In this document: one piece after another, positions 47,583 to 56,987 of the stretch
Numbering within the stretch: position 1 is the first letter of the stretch
Layout of the letters: each line of letters starts with the position of its first letter
Source: an uncultured delta proteobacterium
Lineage (GTDB): Bacteria; Desulfobacterota; WTBG01
DNA length: 64,000 nucleotides
Reading direction: 5' to 3'
NCBI GenBank assembly: GCA_963793865.1
Contig: CAWCBP010000008.1
Location: forward strand, 608,001 to 672,000
Position numbers and translations under genes: made by a program
The notes under the pieces: model-generated
Told to the model about the DNA's origin: nothing
Databases searched by the model: none
What the model saw: only the letters and a program-made list of their open reading frames with translations

Positions 47583-49123
47583 GCAGATCCCCGGGAAAAG
47601 TTTATATCGTCGGCGCCGGACCGGGTGATCCCGGGCTCATCACCCTCAAGGCCATGCGACTCATCGGGGAGGCTGATGTCATCGTCTATGATCACCTGGT
47701 CAATCAACGGATCCTTAAGTACGCCCAGCCGCAGGCGAGAATGATTGACGCGGGAAAAGAGGCGGGGCACAAGATGCTTGAACAGGCAGCGATCAACCGG
47801 CTGCTGGTCAAGGAGGCAAAGAGCGGCAGGACGGTGGTCCGGCTCAAGGGCGGGGACCCCTTCATTTTCGGCCGCGGCGGGGAAGAGTGCAAAGCGCTGG
47901 CTGTGCGCGGCATTCCCTTTGAGGTCATACCCGGAGTCTCCTCGGCGGTGGCCGCCCCGGCATATGCGGGCATCCCGCTGACCCATCGCGCCTGTGCCTC
48001 TTCGGTCGCCCTGGTTACCGGCCATGAGGATCCCGCCAAGAAGGCCCCCACGGTGGACTTTAAGAAACTGGCCCGGGCGGTTGATACGGTTGTCTGCCTC
48101 ATGGGTGTGAAGACAATGGAGCGGACCGTGCGGGAACTCAGAGCGGGAGGCGCGCTGCCTGAAACACCGGTTGCGGTTATTGAACAGGGGACCTATCCTC
48201 ATCAACGAGTGGTAGAGGGGACGCTTGACACCATCATTGCCCGGGTGAATCGTAAGGATATCAGGCCCCCGGCGGTGATGGTGGTAGGGAAGGTGGCACA
48301 GCTCCGCAGGCAGATAGCCTGGTTTGAATCACTGCCGCTTTATAATAGAACCATTGTAGTTACCCGTGCTGAAGAGCAGGCGGACACGCTGGCAGATCTG
48401 CTGGAGGGGGCTGGCGCCCGGGTGATATGCTTTCCCACCATAGAGATCGGACCGCCCCGCAGCTATGGGAAGCTCGATGGTGCGCTGCGGCGATTGCGGG
48501 ACTACGATTATCTTGTCTTTACCAGCGTTAATGGGGTAAAGGCGTTTGTCTCGCGGATAGAGTTCCTGAAATTAAATAGAGAACTGCTCTGCGGCGTGAC
48601 CATTGCCGCCCTGGGGGAGATGACCGCACAGGCGCTTCGTACTCACGGCATTACCCCCGGCATTGTACCGGCTGTGTTTACCTCGCGACATCTGGCTGAC
48701 GCATTCAGAGGCGAGCAGATGCAGGAAAAAAAGGTGCTGCTGGTGCGATCAGATATCGCCGGTGATCTGCTGCCGCGGGCGCTTAAAAAGATGGGCGCCC
48801 TGGTCGACAACGTGTGCAGCTACAGCATACGGAAGCCGCGGGTGAAGGCAGGGGAAGTGAAGCGCCTCATGCAGAAGGAAACGATTGATTGCATCACCTT
48901 CACCAGCCCTTCAACTTTTGTTAATTTTATGTCGCTTATGAAAGAAACGCCGGTAAAACACTTGTTGAAGAAAACAGCGGTGGCCGCTATCGGACCGGTA
49001 ACCCGGCAGGAGATTGCGAAGCACGGTATCAAGGTGAGCATCACCGCCTCTTCCCACACCATACCGGGCTTGGCAAAGGCCATAATCACCTACTACGGCA
49101 CAAAGAAAAAACGGGAGAATTAG
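47579..49123 (+). CDS. cobA: Fused uroporphyrinogen-III C-methyltransferase / uroporphyrinogen-III synthase (CobA-HemD)
   Basis: VGAGPGDPGLIT, RLKGGDPFIFGRGGEE, then VTRA..Q, FTS.NGV, FTSPS, IGPVT. Confidence 0.94.
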   Translation: MSRSPGKVYIVGAGPGDPGLITLKAMRLIGEADVIVYDHLVNQRILKYAQPQARMIDAGKEAGHKMLEQAAINRLLVKEAKSGRTVVRLKGGDPFIFGRGGEECKALAVRGIPFEVIPGVSSAVAAPAYAGIPLTHRACASSVALVTGHEDPAKKAPTVDFKKLARAVDTVVCLMGVKTMERTVRELRAGGALPETPVAVIEQGTYPHQRVVEGTLDTIIARVNRKDIRPPAVMVVGKVAQLRRQIAWFESLPLYNRTIVVTRAEEQADTLADLLEGAGARVICFPTIEIGPPRSYGKLDGALRRLRDYDYLVFTSVNGVKAFVSRIEFLKLNRELLCGVTIAALGEMTAQALRTHGITPGIVPAVFTSRHLADAFRGEQMQEKKVLLVRSDIAGDLLPRALKKMGALVDNVCSYSIRKPRVKAGEVKRLMQKETIDCITFTSPSTFVNFMSLMKETPVKHLLKKTAVAAIGPVTRQEIAKHGIKVSITASSHTIPGLAKAIITYYGTKKKREN

Positions 49124-49124
49124 T

Positions 49125-50102
49125 ATGGCTTTTCCGCAGCAGAGGTTGCGGCGGTTACGGGCAAAGGAGCCTTTGAGGCGGATGCTGAGAGAAACCCGCC
49201 TTGCCGCTGATGACTTCATCTATCCGCTTTTTCTCAAAGAAGGGGCGGGTGATAAATCTGAAATATCCTCCATGCCCGGCGTGTACCATCATTCATTGAA
49301 TTCGCTGCTTAAGGAGCTGGAGGAAGTAAGCGCGCTCTCCATTCCCGCTATTCTTCTCTTCGGTCTGTCCGGCGGCAAGGATGAGACGGGTAGCGGGGCG
49401 TATGCATCACGCGGCATCGTGCAGCAAGGCATCAAGGCGATTAAGGCGTCATTCCCGGACCTGATGGTCATCACCGACATTTGTCTCTGCGCCTACACCA
49501 CCCATGGCCACTGCGGGATCATAGAAAATGGCAGGGTGGATAACGATAAGACACTGAGCATTCTTCAGAAGGTTGCCGTCAGCCACGCAGCGGCGGGCGC
49601 GGACATGGTCGCGCCTTCGGACATGATGGACGGCAGGGTGGGGGCCATACGGGCTGCGCTCGATGAGAACGGATACACGGAGCTTCCCATCATGTCCTAT
49701 GCCGCCAAGTTTGCCTCTCATTTTTACGGGCCTTTCCGCGAGGCGGCCGATTCCTCCCCCCGTTTCGGCGACCGGAAAAGCTACCAGATGGACCCGGCCA
49801 ATGCCGAGGAGGCACTTCGAGAAATTGCACTGGATATAGAAGAGGGCGCCGATATCATCATGGTCAAACCGGCGCTCGCCTATTTGGACATTATCTTCCG
49901 GGCCAAGGAAAGGTTCGGCTGCCCCTTGGCCGCGTACAATGTGAGCGGTGAGTATTCCATGGTAAAGGCGGCGGCGGCGCGGGGGATGCTTGATGAAAAA
50001 AACATCATGATCGAGCTGCTCCAGTCCATCAAGCGCGCGGGCGCGGATGTCATTATCACCTACTTTGCAAAGGAAGCAGCGAGGGTGTTGAAGGAGGGGT
50101 GA
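49125..50102 (+). CDS. hemB: Porphobilinogen synthase (Zn-type)
   Basis: DICLCAYTTHGHCG, APSDMMDGR, FYGPFREA, YQMD, MVKP, YNVSGEY. Confidence 0.97.
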   Translation: MAFPQQRLRRLRAKEPLRRMLRETRLAADDFIYPLFLKEGAGDKSEISSMPGVYHHSLNSLLKELEEVSALSIPAILLFGLSGGKDETGSGAYASRGIVQQGIKAIKASFPDLMVITDICLCAYTTHGHCGIIENGRVDNDKTLSILQKVAVSHAAAGADMVAPSDMMDGRVGAIRAALDENGYTELPIMSYAAKFASHFYGPFREAADSSPRFGDRKSYQMDPANAEEALREIALDIEEGADIIMVKPALAYLDIIFRAKERFGCPLAAYNVSGEYSMVKAAAARGMLDEKNIMIELLQSIKRAGADVIITYFAKEAARVLKEG

Positions 50103-50300
50103 GATATGCGATGTGCGATCTGCGATGTGAGATAGGATGCAGAAGACAAAAAACCGGTAGGAGCGAGCTTCAGCTGCGATCTGTGCTGGGGGATGGGCGA
50201 TATGAGCTCTGTGATGTGTGTATGAGATTGTTTCAATATTTTCATCGATGGTTTTTTTATCACATATCTCAGATCGCAAATCTCACATCCGGCTTTGATC
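50100..50300. repeat. Heptamer tandem repeats in inverted arrangement around a REP
   Basis: (T/A)GCGAT(G/C)/TGAGAT runs at 50100-50135 and 50195-50230; complementary ATCTCA/ATCGCA runs at 50260-50300. Confidence 0.7.
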
Positions 50301-50344
50301 GCATATCATTTTCGTACATTGACAATCATGATACTAATAAAAAA

Positions 50345-51169
50345 ATGACATTACAAACTCCACTTCCCCCAAACTACCAGATCGTCCTGGCTGCCTTCGG
50401 CACATCGATGGGTCCGAAGGCTGCCTACACCGGCATGCAGGTGCGATTCCAGGAGCGCTTCAGGCAGCGGATACCGGTGGGATTCACCTCGCGGGTGGGA
50501 GAGCCGAAGCTGAAGGAAGTTCTGGAGAGCCTCCCCGCGGACGGTGAGCTTGTGGTGGTAATTGCGCCGATTTTCATGGTTGAGGGACAGGTGGTCAAAC
50601 GTGACATTGTGGCGGCGGCCAAGGAATGCGAACATCGCTTCAAAGAGATACGCATTGCCCGGCCGCTGCTTCCTGATGACAGGGTATTCATGGTAGTCAA
50701 GCATGAAGTTGCATCGCGGCTGAAAAACGTTCCGCCCGGAGGGACAGGCATTATCTTTGTCGGTCACGGGACGCCGGATGAGCGGGCGGCGGAGATTTAC
50801 GGAGATTGCTCCCGGCAGGTTGATTCCCTCTTCGCGTCACCGTTCAAGGCCGCCTTCGGCAACCTGGAAAGCCCGGCACCCTACCTCGGCGAAAGCCTGG
50901 GGGAACTCATCATGAGCGGCATCGGGACTCTCCTGGTCCAGCCCTTCATGATTGTTCACGGCGTGCACATGCACGATGATGTCAAGGGGGCGCTGGAGGC
51001 GCAGGACCCGGACAATAAGCTGTTCCGCTTCCTGTTCCATCGTTACGGGGAGCCGGTAAAAGGGAGACTGAACGAAATCCGACGTATCTATATGCCGGGA
51101 CTGGGTGCTTACCCCGGCGTCTTCCAAATCTTTGCCGATCATACCCTGCAAGCACTGTCAGAGGGTTAA
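50345..51169 (+). CDS. cbiK: Class II cobaltochelatase (CbiK/CbiX-like)
   Basis: LAAFGTS, FTSR, GHGT, PFMIV.G.H..DD; located in the B12 operon. Confidence 0.78.
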   Translation: MTLQTPLPPNYQIVLAAFGTSMGPKAAYTGMQVRFQERFRQRIPVGFTSRVGEPKLKEVLESLPADGELVVVIAPIFMVEGQVVKRDIVAAAKECEHRFKEIRIARPLLPDDRVFMVVKHEVASRLKNVPPGGTGIIFVGHGTPDERAAEIYGDCSRQVDSLFASPFKAAFGNLESPAPYLGESLGELIMSGIGTLLVQPFMIVHGVHMHDDVKGALEAQDPDNKLFRFLFHRYGEPVKGRLNEIRRIYMPGLGAYPGVFQIFADHTLQALSEG

Positions 51170-51201
51170 TCACTCACAGAACAGGAAAGGTATGTGACTC
51201 C

Positions 51202-51825
51202 ATGAAGCCGGAGCAGATAGAAAAAAAGAGCTTTCAGCTGATTGAAGCGCGGGTCTCATCCCACTCCTTCAATCGGCGGCAGTGGTCCGTGGTAAAACGC
51301 ATGATCCACGCCACCGCCGATTTTGACCTGGTTAACACCACGGTATTTCACCCCCGGGCGCTGCAGCTGGGAATGGCGGCCCTGCGCGGCGGGGCGCCGA
51401 TCATCGCTGATACCAACATGGTCAAGGCGGGCATCAGCCTTGCGCGGCTGCGTCCTTACGGGACAAAGCTCTGCTGCGCCATCTCCCGCCTGGCGGTGGC
51501 GAAGCAAGCGCGGCTCACCGGAAAAACCAGGGCGGCGGCTGCCATGCGCGCCTTGGCGCCGCTCATGAAGGGATCGCTTGTGGCCATCGGCAACGCGCCC
51601 ACCGCGCTGCGCGAAGTTCTTGCCATTGCCGGGGATAAAGCGCGCCGCCCCGCTTTGATCATCGGTGTGCCGGTGGGGATGGTGGGTGCGGCGGAGAGCA
51701 AGGAAATGCTCATAGCCAGCGGCCTGCCTTTCATCACCGTGCGGGGCGAAAAAGGAGGAAGTCCCTTGGCGGCCAGCGTGGTCAACGCGCTGGCGCTGCT
51801 GTCGGCGGAAAACGACCATGCATAG
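51202..51825 (+). CDS. cbiC: Cobalt-precorrin-8 methylmutase
   Basis: IE..SF..I, R.IHATADF, D..MV..GI, IGNAPTAL, G.PVG.V.A.ESK, GGS..A....NAL. Confidence 0.94.
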   Translation: MKPEQIEKKSFQLIEARVSSHSFNRRQWSVVKRMIHATADFDLVNTTVFHPRALQLGMAALRGGAPIIADTNMVKAGISLARLRPYGTKLCCAISRLAVAKQARLTGKTRAAAAMRALAPLMKGSLVAIGNAPTALREVLAIAGDKARRPALIIGVPVGMVGAAESKEMLIASGLPFITVRGEKGGSPLAASVVNALALLSAENDHA

Positions 51826-52525
51826 CTGCGGAACATTATACGGAATAGGAGTGGGTCCCGGAGACCCGGAGTTGATCACCCTGAAGGCGAAAGGGGTGCT
51901 CGCACGGATGAAATTCATCTTTGCGCCCGTGGCGGGAAAGGATAGGGGGAGCATCGCCTACAGCATCGCCAGGTCGTATATCCCCAATGATGCCCGGATT
52001 GAGAACCTTTTCTTTCCCATGAACCATGACCGTGCGGAGCGCGAATGGGCCTGGGAGGAGAGCGCGAGGAGCATTGCCCGGGTACTGGAGACGGGTGAGG
52101 ACGCGGCCTTCATTACCCTGGGTGACCCCATGACCTACAGCACCTATGGCTACCTGCTTAAAAAAATGGAGGCGCTCTATCCCCTGATACAAAAGGTTAC
52201 CATACCCGGCGTACCCGCTTATCTGGCGGGGGCAGCCTCCGCCAACCTTCCCCTGGCGCAGGGACATGAGATACTCTCCATTGTTCCCGGGTCCGCGTCC
52301 GGCGAGCGAATCAGGAAATGTCTCGCGTCATCTGATGCGATTGTGTTCCTCAAGCACAACAGCGCAACCGGGACAATCCATGAGCTGCTGCGGGAAATGG
52401 ATCTGCAGGACCGTGCGATGTATATCCGCCGCCTGGGCTTGCCTGATGAGCTGGTCACACCGGATAAGGAACGGGGACTTTCCGGCCGTGAGGACTACCT
52501 CTCGCTGATCATCGTGAAAAAATAA
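51818..52525 (+). CDS. cbiL: Cobalt-factor II C20-methyltransferase
   Basis: LYGIGVGPGDPELITLKA, FPM, FITLGDP..YST, Y.S.IIV. Confidence 0.92.
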   Translation: MHSCGTLYGIGVGPGDPELITLKAKGVLARMKFIFAPVAGKDRGSIAYSIARSYIPNDARIENLFFPMNHDRAEREWAWEESARSIARVLETGEDAAFITLGDPMTYSTYGYLLKKMEALYPLIQKVTIPGVPAYLAGAASANLPLAQGHEILSIVPGSASGERIRKCLASSDAIVFLKHNSATGTIHELLREMDLQDRAMYIRRLGLPDELVTPDKERGLSGREDYLSLIIVKK

Positions 52526-52603
52526 TCCATGGCATGCATGTCTCTTTTGGGGGAAGCTGGGAATCCCTCGTTTTAAGGTAGGAGCAAGTTCTTAATCTAA
52601 TTT

Positions 52604-52635
52604 CCCTCTCCCCGGGGAGAGGGTTAGGGTGAGGG
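52604..52635. repeat. CCCTCTCCC..GGGAGAGGG-TTAGGGTGAGGG palindromic repeat
   Basis: Hairpin plus AGGGTGAGGG tail directly upstream of the cbiD ATG. Confidence 0.65.
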
Positions 52636-52639
52636 GGTA

Positions 52640-53782
52640 ATGGCGCGTGTAAAAAAGAAGCTTCGCAGCGGCTACACCACCGGGACCTGCGCGGCGGCAG
52701 CGGCAAAAGGCGCGGCCATGGCCCTGTTCGGGCAAAGGCCGGGCGTGGTGCGCGTTTCGCTTCCCTTTGGAAAGCAGGCTGACATTGTGCTGCAGGATTG
52801 CCGGAAACAAAAGGGTATTGGCTATGCCACGGTGGTGAAGGATGCGGGAGATGACCCCGATGTTACCAATGGCGCGGTGATTGGCGCCGAACTGTCTTTC
52901 ATCACTGCCAAAAGTAACGTTTCACGGGGCAGCCTGCCGGTCATGCTTCATGGCGGAAAAGGGGTGGGCCTGGTAACCAGGCCGGGCCTTCCGGTAAGGA
53001 AAGGGGGGCCCGCCATCAACCCTGTACCCCGAAGGATGATCAGGCGCGCGGTACGGGAGGCCATCGCGGAGGCGGGGAAATCACCCCGTTCGCTTGCCGC
53101 CGCGGATGTGACCATCTTTGTTCCCGACGGGGAGGCCCTGGCCAAGAAAACTCTTAATCCCCGCCTCGGCATCCTGGGCGGCATTTCCATTCTCGGCACC
53201 ACGGGCATTGTCAAACCATTCTCCCACCAGGCCTACAAGGAAACGGTTGACCTCGCGCTGAACATTGCCCGGGCATCAGGGTGCACGGAAGTCGTGCTGG
53301 CCACGGGGGGACGGAGCGAGCGGCTGGCGATGGCCGGGTTTCCTCATCTGCGAGGGGAATCTTTCATCCAGATGGGCGATTATGTTTCCTTCGCCCTTGC
53401 GCAGGCCCTCGAACACGGTTTCCGGTGCATAACCATAGCGGCATTCATGGGGAAGCTTACCAAGATTGCCGCCGGCGCTGCATGCACCCATGCGGGGAGT
53501 TTCCCGCTGGAGGTCTCTTTTGTGGCAGGGCTGGGAGAGCGGCTGCGGCTCAACACCTCCCTGCTGCGGAACATTGAGCGGTCCGTCACCGTGCGGGGCA
53601 TACTGGAGCTGCTGCTCAGGAAAAAGTCGTATTCCCTGATCGATGCCATCTGCATGAAGGCGATGGAAAAGCTGTATGGAATGACCGGCGGCAAGGGTGC
53701 GCTCTCGGTCCTGCTCTTCTCCTTTGACGGGAAGATGCTCTGGCATGGAGGAAAGGAAGGGAGACGTGAAGGCATCGGCTAA
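52640..53782 (+). CDS. cbiD: Cobalt-precorrin-5B C1-methyltransferase
   Basis: LRSGYTTGTCAAAA, KDAGDDPDVT, AINPVPR, TLNPRLGI.GGISILGTTGIV.P. Confidence 0.96.
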   Translation: MARVKKKLRSGYTTGTCAAAAAKGAAMALFGQRPGVVRVSLPFGKQADIVLQDCRKQKGIGYATVVKDAGDDPDVTNGAVIGAELSFITAKSNVSRGSLPVMLHGGKGVGLVTRPGLPVRKGGPAINPVPRRMIRRAVREAIAEAGKSPRSLAAADVTIFVPDGEALAKKTLNPRLGILGGISILGTTGIVKPFSHQAYKETVDLALNIARASGCTEVVLATGGRSERLAMAGFPHLRGESFIQMGDYVSFALAQALEHGFRCITIAAFMGKLTKIAAGAACTHAGSFPLEVSFVAGLGERLRLNTSLLRNIERSVTVRGILELLLRKKSYSLIDAICMKAMEKLYGMTGGKGALSVLLFSFDGKMLWHGGKEGRREGIG

Positions 53783-55022
53783 CACCGTAACAGTGGTCGG
53801 GATGGGCATGTCGCCGGATGATTTGAGCGCAACGGCGCATGCGATCATCAATGAGGCGGATGTGCTCATCGGGGGGAAAAGGCACCTCGCCTGTTTCCGC
53901 AATCTGCCGGCGGAGAAAATCAGCCTGCAAAAAAACCTGCAGGGGATCGCCCCGGTCATAAAAAAGCTGCTCGGGAAGAAACGCAGGATCGTTGTGATTG
54001 CATCCGGCGATCCCGGCTATTTTGGAATAGCGCGCACGCTCATCAGGCAACTTGGCAAGGAACGGGTTGAAATCATACCTAACATAACCGCCTTTCAGGC
54101 AGCGTTTGCTGCCATAAAAGAGAGCTGGGACGACGCGCTGCTCCTGAGCGTGCACGGACGCCCGATTCCCCGACTCGCATTCCTTTTACAGGGACACGAG
54201 AAAATCGGGATTCTGACTGACAGCCGCAACAGCCCCGGGGCCATTGCGGCGCAGGCACTTGCGGAGGATCCCCTGCTTGCGTCTGTCCCGGTTTTTGTCG
54301 CGGAGCGGCTCGGTTCGCGCGATGAGAAGATAAGCCGCTGCCGCCTGAAGGAGCTGCCCGGTATCGGATTTTCTTCCCCGAACGTGATGATCATCATGCC
54401 CCCCGCCCGGCGGCGCAAAGGGGATTCAACCCATCCCGGTGCTCCGGGCATACCTGATAAATTGTTTAAACACCGGCGGGGACTCATCACCAAGGATGAG
54501 GTGCGCGTATTTACCCTGGCAAAGCTCAACCTTCCACGCCGTGGAACAGTCTGGGACATCGGATCAGGATCCGGTTCCGTTGCCATTGAGTCGGCACTTG
54601 GTTCCCCGGAGCTGACCATATATGCGGTTGAAAAAAATACCCGGTGCATCAGGGATATAAAGTTGAACATACAGCGCTTCGGAGTCGGCGCAGCGGTCAG
54701 GCTGATCCGGGGGGAAGCACCCCGGGCGCTGAAAGGGCTTCCCCCGCCGCAGCGCATATTTATCGGCGGAACCGGGGGTGAATTGCTGCCGGTCCTTCGG
54801 GCCTGCTGCCGGGCACTGCTTCCTTCAGGTAGAATTGTGATAAACGCCGCGACCCTGGAGACGGTGGACAAAGCCATGGCATTCTTCCGCAAGCGCGGAT
54901 GGCCGGTGGATGTTACCCTTCTCAATCTTTCCCGGATGAAGCGCGTGGGAAGCCACAACCGGTTTGAAGCCCTGAATCCGGTGTTTGTCATCGCGGCGGA
55001 CAAGCCGGGAGATGGGAAGTGA
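53766..55022 (+). CDS. cbiET: Fused precorrin-6Y C5,15-methyltransferase CbiE-CbiT (CobL-like)
   Basis: VVG.G, GGKRHL, ASGDP.YFG, SVHGR, ITK.EVR, WDIGSGSGSV, FIGG.GG. Confidence 0.92.
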   Translation: MKASANTVTVVGMGMSPDDLSATAHAIINEADVLIGGKRHLACFRNLPAEKISLQKNLQGIAPVIKKLLGKKRRIVVIASGDPGYFGIARTLIRQLGKERVEIIPNITAFQAAFAAIKESWDDALLLSVHGRPIPRLAFLLQGHEKIGILTDSRNSPGAIAAQALAEDPLLASVPVFVAERLGSRDEKISRCRLKELPGIGFSSPNVMIIMPPARRRKGDSTHPGAPGIPDKLFKHRRGLITKDEVRVFTLAKLNLPRRGTVWDIGSGSGSVAIESALGSPELTIYAVEKNTRCIRDIKLNIQRFGVGAAVRLIRGEAPRALKGLPPPQRIFIGGTGGELLPVLRACCRALLPSGRIVINAATLETVDKAMAFFRKRGWPVDVTLLNLSRMKRVGSHNRFEALNPVFVIAADKPGDGK

Positions 55023-55180
55023 AAAGCGAGATAATTGGGGCGTATTGCAAGACGCCCCCGTTACCAATGGGATTCGTTCTTTTTTTTATTAATGAGAGGG
55101 TGATCATCATTTGTAGGGGCGACCGGCCGGTCGCCCCTACAGGCAATGTGATCCTCCATTTAACCACAAGAGGTCCGGTA

Positions 55181-55219
55181 AGAAAAAATCCCTCAGCAGG
55201 TGACCGGCTGAGGGATTTT
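55181..55219 (-). terminator. Intrinsic terminator between convergent cbiET and flavoprotein 4
   Basis: AAAATCCCTCAGC/GCTGAGGGATTTT 13-bp stem; T-run on the - strand. Confidence 0.7.
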
Positions 55220-55239
55220 GTGCAAACCAGGTTATCAGG

Positions 55240-56589
55240 CTATTTCTCTTCTTTTAATGTCTTTGAGAGCAGTTCCGACGGGAAGGCGAACAGCCTGGGC
55301 AGCAGCGCCTGAACGATGTCCGGCCGCGCTGCCATGAGCTGGGGGATGATTCCCTGCAGCCGCCCGCCGAGCAGTTTCACCGCGGTGTATGGATTGAAGG
55401 TGGGCGGGAAGGATTCCTTGAGCAGTCCGAAGATGTGATCGATCATATCCTTTCCCGGGAACATGTAGGCAATGCCGAAGACCTGCAGGTAGGCCTGGTA
55501 GTCGTACTGCTTGATGTAGGTGTTGAGCCACCAGTCGCAATATTCGCCAATCGCCCGCGGCGCGATGCCCAGCTGGAATTCCTTCAGCGACGCCGCAATC
55601 GCCAGCCCGGCCTTCCAGCCGGTAATCATGGCCCCAAGACATTCCAGCTCCTGGCAGGACCCCGCGTCGCCGGTTATGAGGACGTTGTTTTTAAAGGGGT
55701 TGATCACCGGTGAGGAGATGTATTCCATGGCGGCAAATTCACGCACCCGCTTCGCGTTCTTGAAGCATCCGGCAAACTGCGAATCCTTCATCAGCCGCTC
55801 AGCCGCGGCGCCGATATCGAGATCCCCCTCAAAGGTCAGAAAAAGCGCGTTCCACGCCGTTCCCTCAGGTCTCGGCAGGCAGAATATGTAAACCGGCTTG
55901 TCGTCTACAAAGCCCACCCCGGTCAAAATCCTTTCCTTTCCATCAGGGCTCTTAAACCCGTCGACGTAGAATGATTTCACGTAGAGGTTGGCGATGTGTC
56001 TGCGGTCATGATTGTACCCCAGCTTCTGCACCACCCTGGAGTTGGTGCCGTCGGCCGCTATCACGAATGAACTGCGGAATTGCTTTCCCCCCGCGACGGT
56101 TATCACCTCGGGACCGGCCCAGGTGATGTCGGTGCACTCGGTGTTGGGAAACACCTCAACATTGTGTTTCTTCGCTTCGCTGAGCAGGTCCTGAACCATG
56201 GTTTCCTTGTCGTAGACAAGGGCAATGGGCGCCTTGACCATCCCCGGGAACGGCGGCGCGTAATTTTCGGGGTAGCCGAAATGAACGGTGTTCCCGGCCG
56301 GTGAAACCAGGTTCCAGTCATAGAGCTCCTTGATGGCGCCGCTGTAGGGAAAGCTTAATCCTATGTTCGGAAAGCAGAACCGCCTGTCTCGCCGGTTATA
56401 GTGAAACAGGTTGCCGAAAAAGTATTCGTTGGGGGGAAGCAGAGACTGACCGCAGGTTCTCCCGATTGACTCAATCCGATCCCGCCGTTCCACAACGGCT
56501 ACATCAAACCCGTTCTCGGCAACCGCCCGGGCGGCCAGCAGTCCGGCAGGTCCCGCGCCGACCACAACCACATCATATCTCTCTTTCAT
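55240..56589 (-). CDS. FAD-dependent oxidoreductase, GGR/FixC-like subfamily (paralogue 4)
   Basis: GAGPAG, IAADG, PFKNNVLITGDAGSCQE; AAGGAG RBS. Confidence 0.9.
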   Translation of the reverse strand: MKERYDVVVVGAGPAGLLAARAVAENGFDVAVVERRDRIESIGRTCGQSLLPPNEYFFGNLFHYNRRDRRFCFPNIGLSFPYSGAIKELYDWNLVSPAGNTVHFGYPENYAPPFPGMVKAPIALVYDKETMVQDLLSEAKKHNVEVFPNTECTDITWAGPEVITVAGGKQFRSSFVIAADGTNSRVVQKLGYNHDRRHIANLYVKSFYVDGFKSPDGKERILTGVGFVDDKPVYIFCLPRPEGTAWNALFLTFEGDLDIGAAAERLMKDSQFAGCFKNAKRVREFAAMEYISSPVINPFKNNVLITGDAGSCQELECLGAMITGWKAGLAIAASLKEFQLGIAPRAIGEYCDWWLNTYIKQYDYQAYLQVFGIAYMFPGKDMIDHIFGLLKESFPPTFNPYTAVKLLGGRLQGIIPQLMAARPDIVQALLPRLFAFPSELLSKTLKEEK

Positions 56590-56746
56590 GGGTCATGCTC
56601 CTTACTGTAAATGGTTTCTTGAAGGGGATATTGAAAAGGCTGAGAAACAGAGGGATGAAAACCCGCGGTGATGATTATAATGCCGCAGGACCTCGTCCGG
56701 GGCAGAGTATAGAAAATTGGCGGATGCTTGTCAAACAAAAGTGCGC

Positions 56747-56935
56747 TTAGAAGGTGAGGATGAGCGCGAGAATGGAGAGAATGATGAGCACGCCGGTCAG
56801 CTTTTCTTCCCTGCTCCGGAGATGTGAACCGGTATAATCCGGACCTGCCGGGACGGCTGAGTGCCGGCTGAGCGGGTTCAGGATAAGCCTGAGCGTATTG
56901 CTATCCGGGAATAATTTTGAACGGTTGGCGAACAT
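56747..56935 (-). CDS. Small protein (62 aa) with C-terminal membrane anchor
   Basis: AAGGAG 6 nt before the ATG; C-terminal LTGVLIILSILALILTF; sigma54-like motif upstream. Confidence 0.6.
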   Translation of the reverse strand: MFANRSKLFPDSNTLRLILNPLSRHSAVPAGPDYTGSHLRSREEKLTGVLIILSILALILTF

Positions 56936-56971
56936 GCATAGCTCCTTTTTCAGGTACTCGCAATCTTAATT

Positions 56972-56987
56972 AGCAATAACCGGGCCA
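56972..56987 (-). promoter_or_regulatory. sigma54 (-24/-12) promoter
   Basis: - strand TGGCCC-GGTTA-TTGCT with canonical spacing, ~35 nt before the small ORF. Confidence 0.65.

Noticed and set aside
50099..50344. 82-aa Cys-rich N-terminal extension of the chelatase
   Set aside because: Translation of heptamer repeats and a REP; the real start is likely ATG 50345.
55019..55312. 97-aa ORF after cbiET as a further cbi gene
   Set aside because: Made of REP hairpins (RGDRPVAP) and a terminator; overlaps the convergent gene.
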